24,000 nucleotides of DNA, taken from Gammaproteobacteria bacterium (GTDB taxonomy: Bacteria > Pseudomonadota > Gammaproteobacteria > JABDGN01). The position numbers were made by a program, and so were the translations under genes. The notes beneath the pieces are model-generated. The model did no database searches. It was given only the letters and a program-made list of their open reading frames with translations, and was not told the origin of the DNA. Shown here piece after piece: positions 23,173-24,000 of the stretch (its first letter is position 1; the number at the start of each line of letters is the position of its first letter). Location: contig SHZH01000006.1 in the NCBI GenBank assembly GCA_009692385.1, forward strand, positions 1,407 to 25,406, read 5' to 3'.

Positions 23173-24000
23173 TTAGGCTAGCAACTGCTTCTCTAAGTAG
23201 CTTTCATAACTACCGCTGTAGTCCCGAATATCATGTGCCGTGATCTCGATAATTCGGTTAGCGACCGACGACACGAACTCGCGATCGTGGCTGACGAAGA
23301 TCACCGTGCCTTCAAATTCTTCCAGTGCTGTATTGAGTGATTCAATCGACTCCATATCTAAGTGGTTGGTGGGTTCATCAAGAATTAAAATATTTGGTTT
23401 TTCTAGCGTGAAACGCGCAAATAATAAACGCGCTTGTTCACCGCCCGACAATACGCGCAATTTTTTCTTGTCGTCGCTGCCGGTAAATAACATGCGGCCT
23501 AAAGCGCCGCGGATCGATTGTTCATCGTCGCTTGGTTTTTTATAACGGTATAAGTATTCGTAGGTGGTTTCGTCTGATTGAAACTCAAGGGAGTGATCTT
23601 GCGCAAAATAAGCCACTTGGGCCTGTTCGGCAAAGCGGATCACGGCTGGCTTATTATCACCATTACTATCGGGTGGTAAATCACCCATGATGCACCGCAA
23701 CAAGGTCGTTTTACCAACGCCACTGGCGCCGATGATCGCCACTTTACTACCGGCTTCGACCATAAAATTAACGTTTTTAAATAAAGTGTTATCACCAAAA
23801 CTTTTTGTTAAATGTTCTACGGTTAAGGCTTGGCGGTGTAATTTTTTGTCTTGAATTACTTTGATATACGGATTTTTTCGACTCGAGGGACGAATGTCTT
23901 CTAATTTAATTTTTTCAATTTGGCGGGCGCGTGATGTTGCTTGGCGCGCTTTTGACGCATTAGCCGAGAAACGGCGCACGAAGGCTTGCAGCTCTTCAAT
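23173..24000 (-). CDS. ybiT: ABC-F family ATPase, YbiT-like; C-terminal half only (gene continues beyond the window edge)
   Basis: The frame is open to position 24000 (..IEELQAFVRRFSANASKARQATSRARQIEKIKLEDIRPSSR..). The inter-domain linker and second ABC domain are colinear with E. coli YbiT, including Walker A (GASGVGKTT), the signature (LSGGE) and Walker B (ILILDEPTNHLD). Confidence 0.9.
   Translation of the reverse strand: MEELQAFVRRFSANASKARQATSRARQIEKIKLEDIRPSSRKNPYIKVIQDKKLHRQALTVEHLTKSFGDNTLFKNVNFMVEAGSKVAIIGASGVGKTTLLRCIMGDLPPDSNGDNKPAVIRFAEQAQVAYFAQDHSLEFQSDETTYEYLYRYKKPSDDEQSIRGALGRMLFTGSDDKKKLRVLSGGEQARLLFARFTLEKPNILILDEPTNHLDMESIESLNTALEEFEGTVIFVSHDREFVSSVANRIIEITAHDIRDYSGSYESYLEKQLLA

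Overview
This is a 24-kb chromosomal segment from an AT-rich gammaproteobacterium. Gene content (many MFS transporters, nucleoside salvage genes, orphan low-complexity proteins) suggests a Legionellales/Coxiellaceae-like intracellular lifestyle, but that is inference only. The window is mostly core metabolism and transport. It holds a tRNA(CAU), a ProP-like MHS transporter, glmU, three tandem paralogous MFS transporters, an FAH-family hydrolase plus a Tet-like MFS, and a punA-type PNP-deoC-tdk operon. It also holds dsbA, ubiK, comM/yifB, a PagL-like outer-membrane barrel, deoB, a Wzx-like membrane protein, an alpha/beta hydrolase, tsaC, two orphan proteins and the 3' half of ybiT. Signs of genome flux lie between these genes. 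There is an IS3 transposase remnant, two fragments of a DUF4143-type AAA+ ATPase, and a multicopper-oxidase fragment. A 145-bp palindromic MITE-like element supplies a stop codon. The most interesting item is a structured 53-62 bp hairpin repeat present four times. One inverted pair has no gene between its copies, and a second inverted pair encloses exactly one DUF559 (Vsr-like) endonuclease gene. A visibly AT-richer orphan membrane-protein gene sits between the two pairs. This layout resembles REPIN/RAYT systems but with a different nuclease family. No CRISPR array, rRNA or intact IS was seen. All functional calls rest on my reading of the translated ORFs against remembered family sequences. 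No database search was run.
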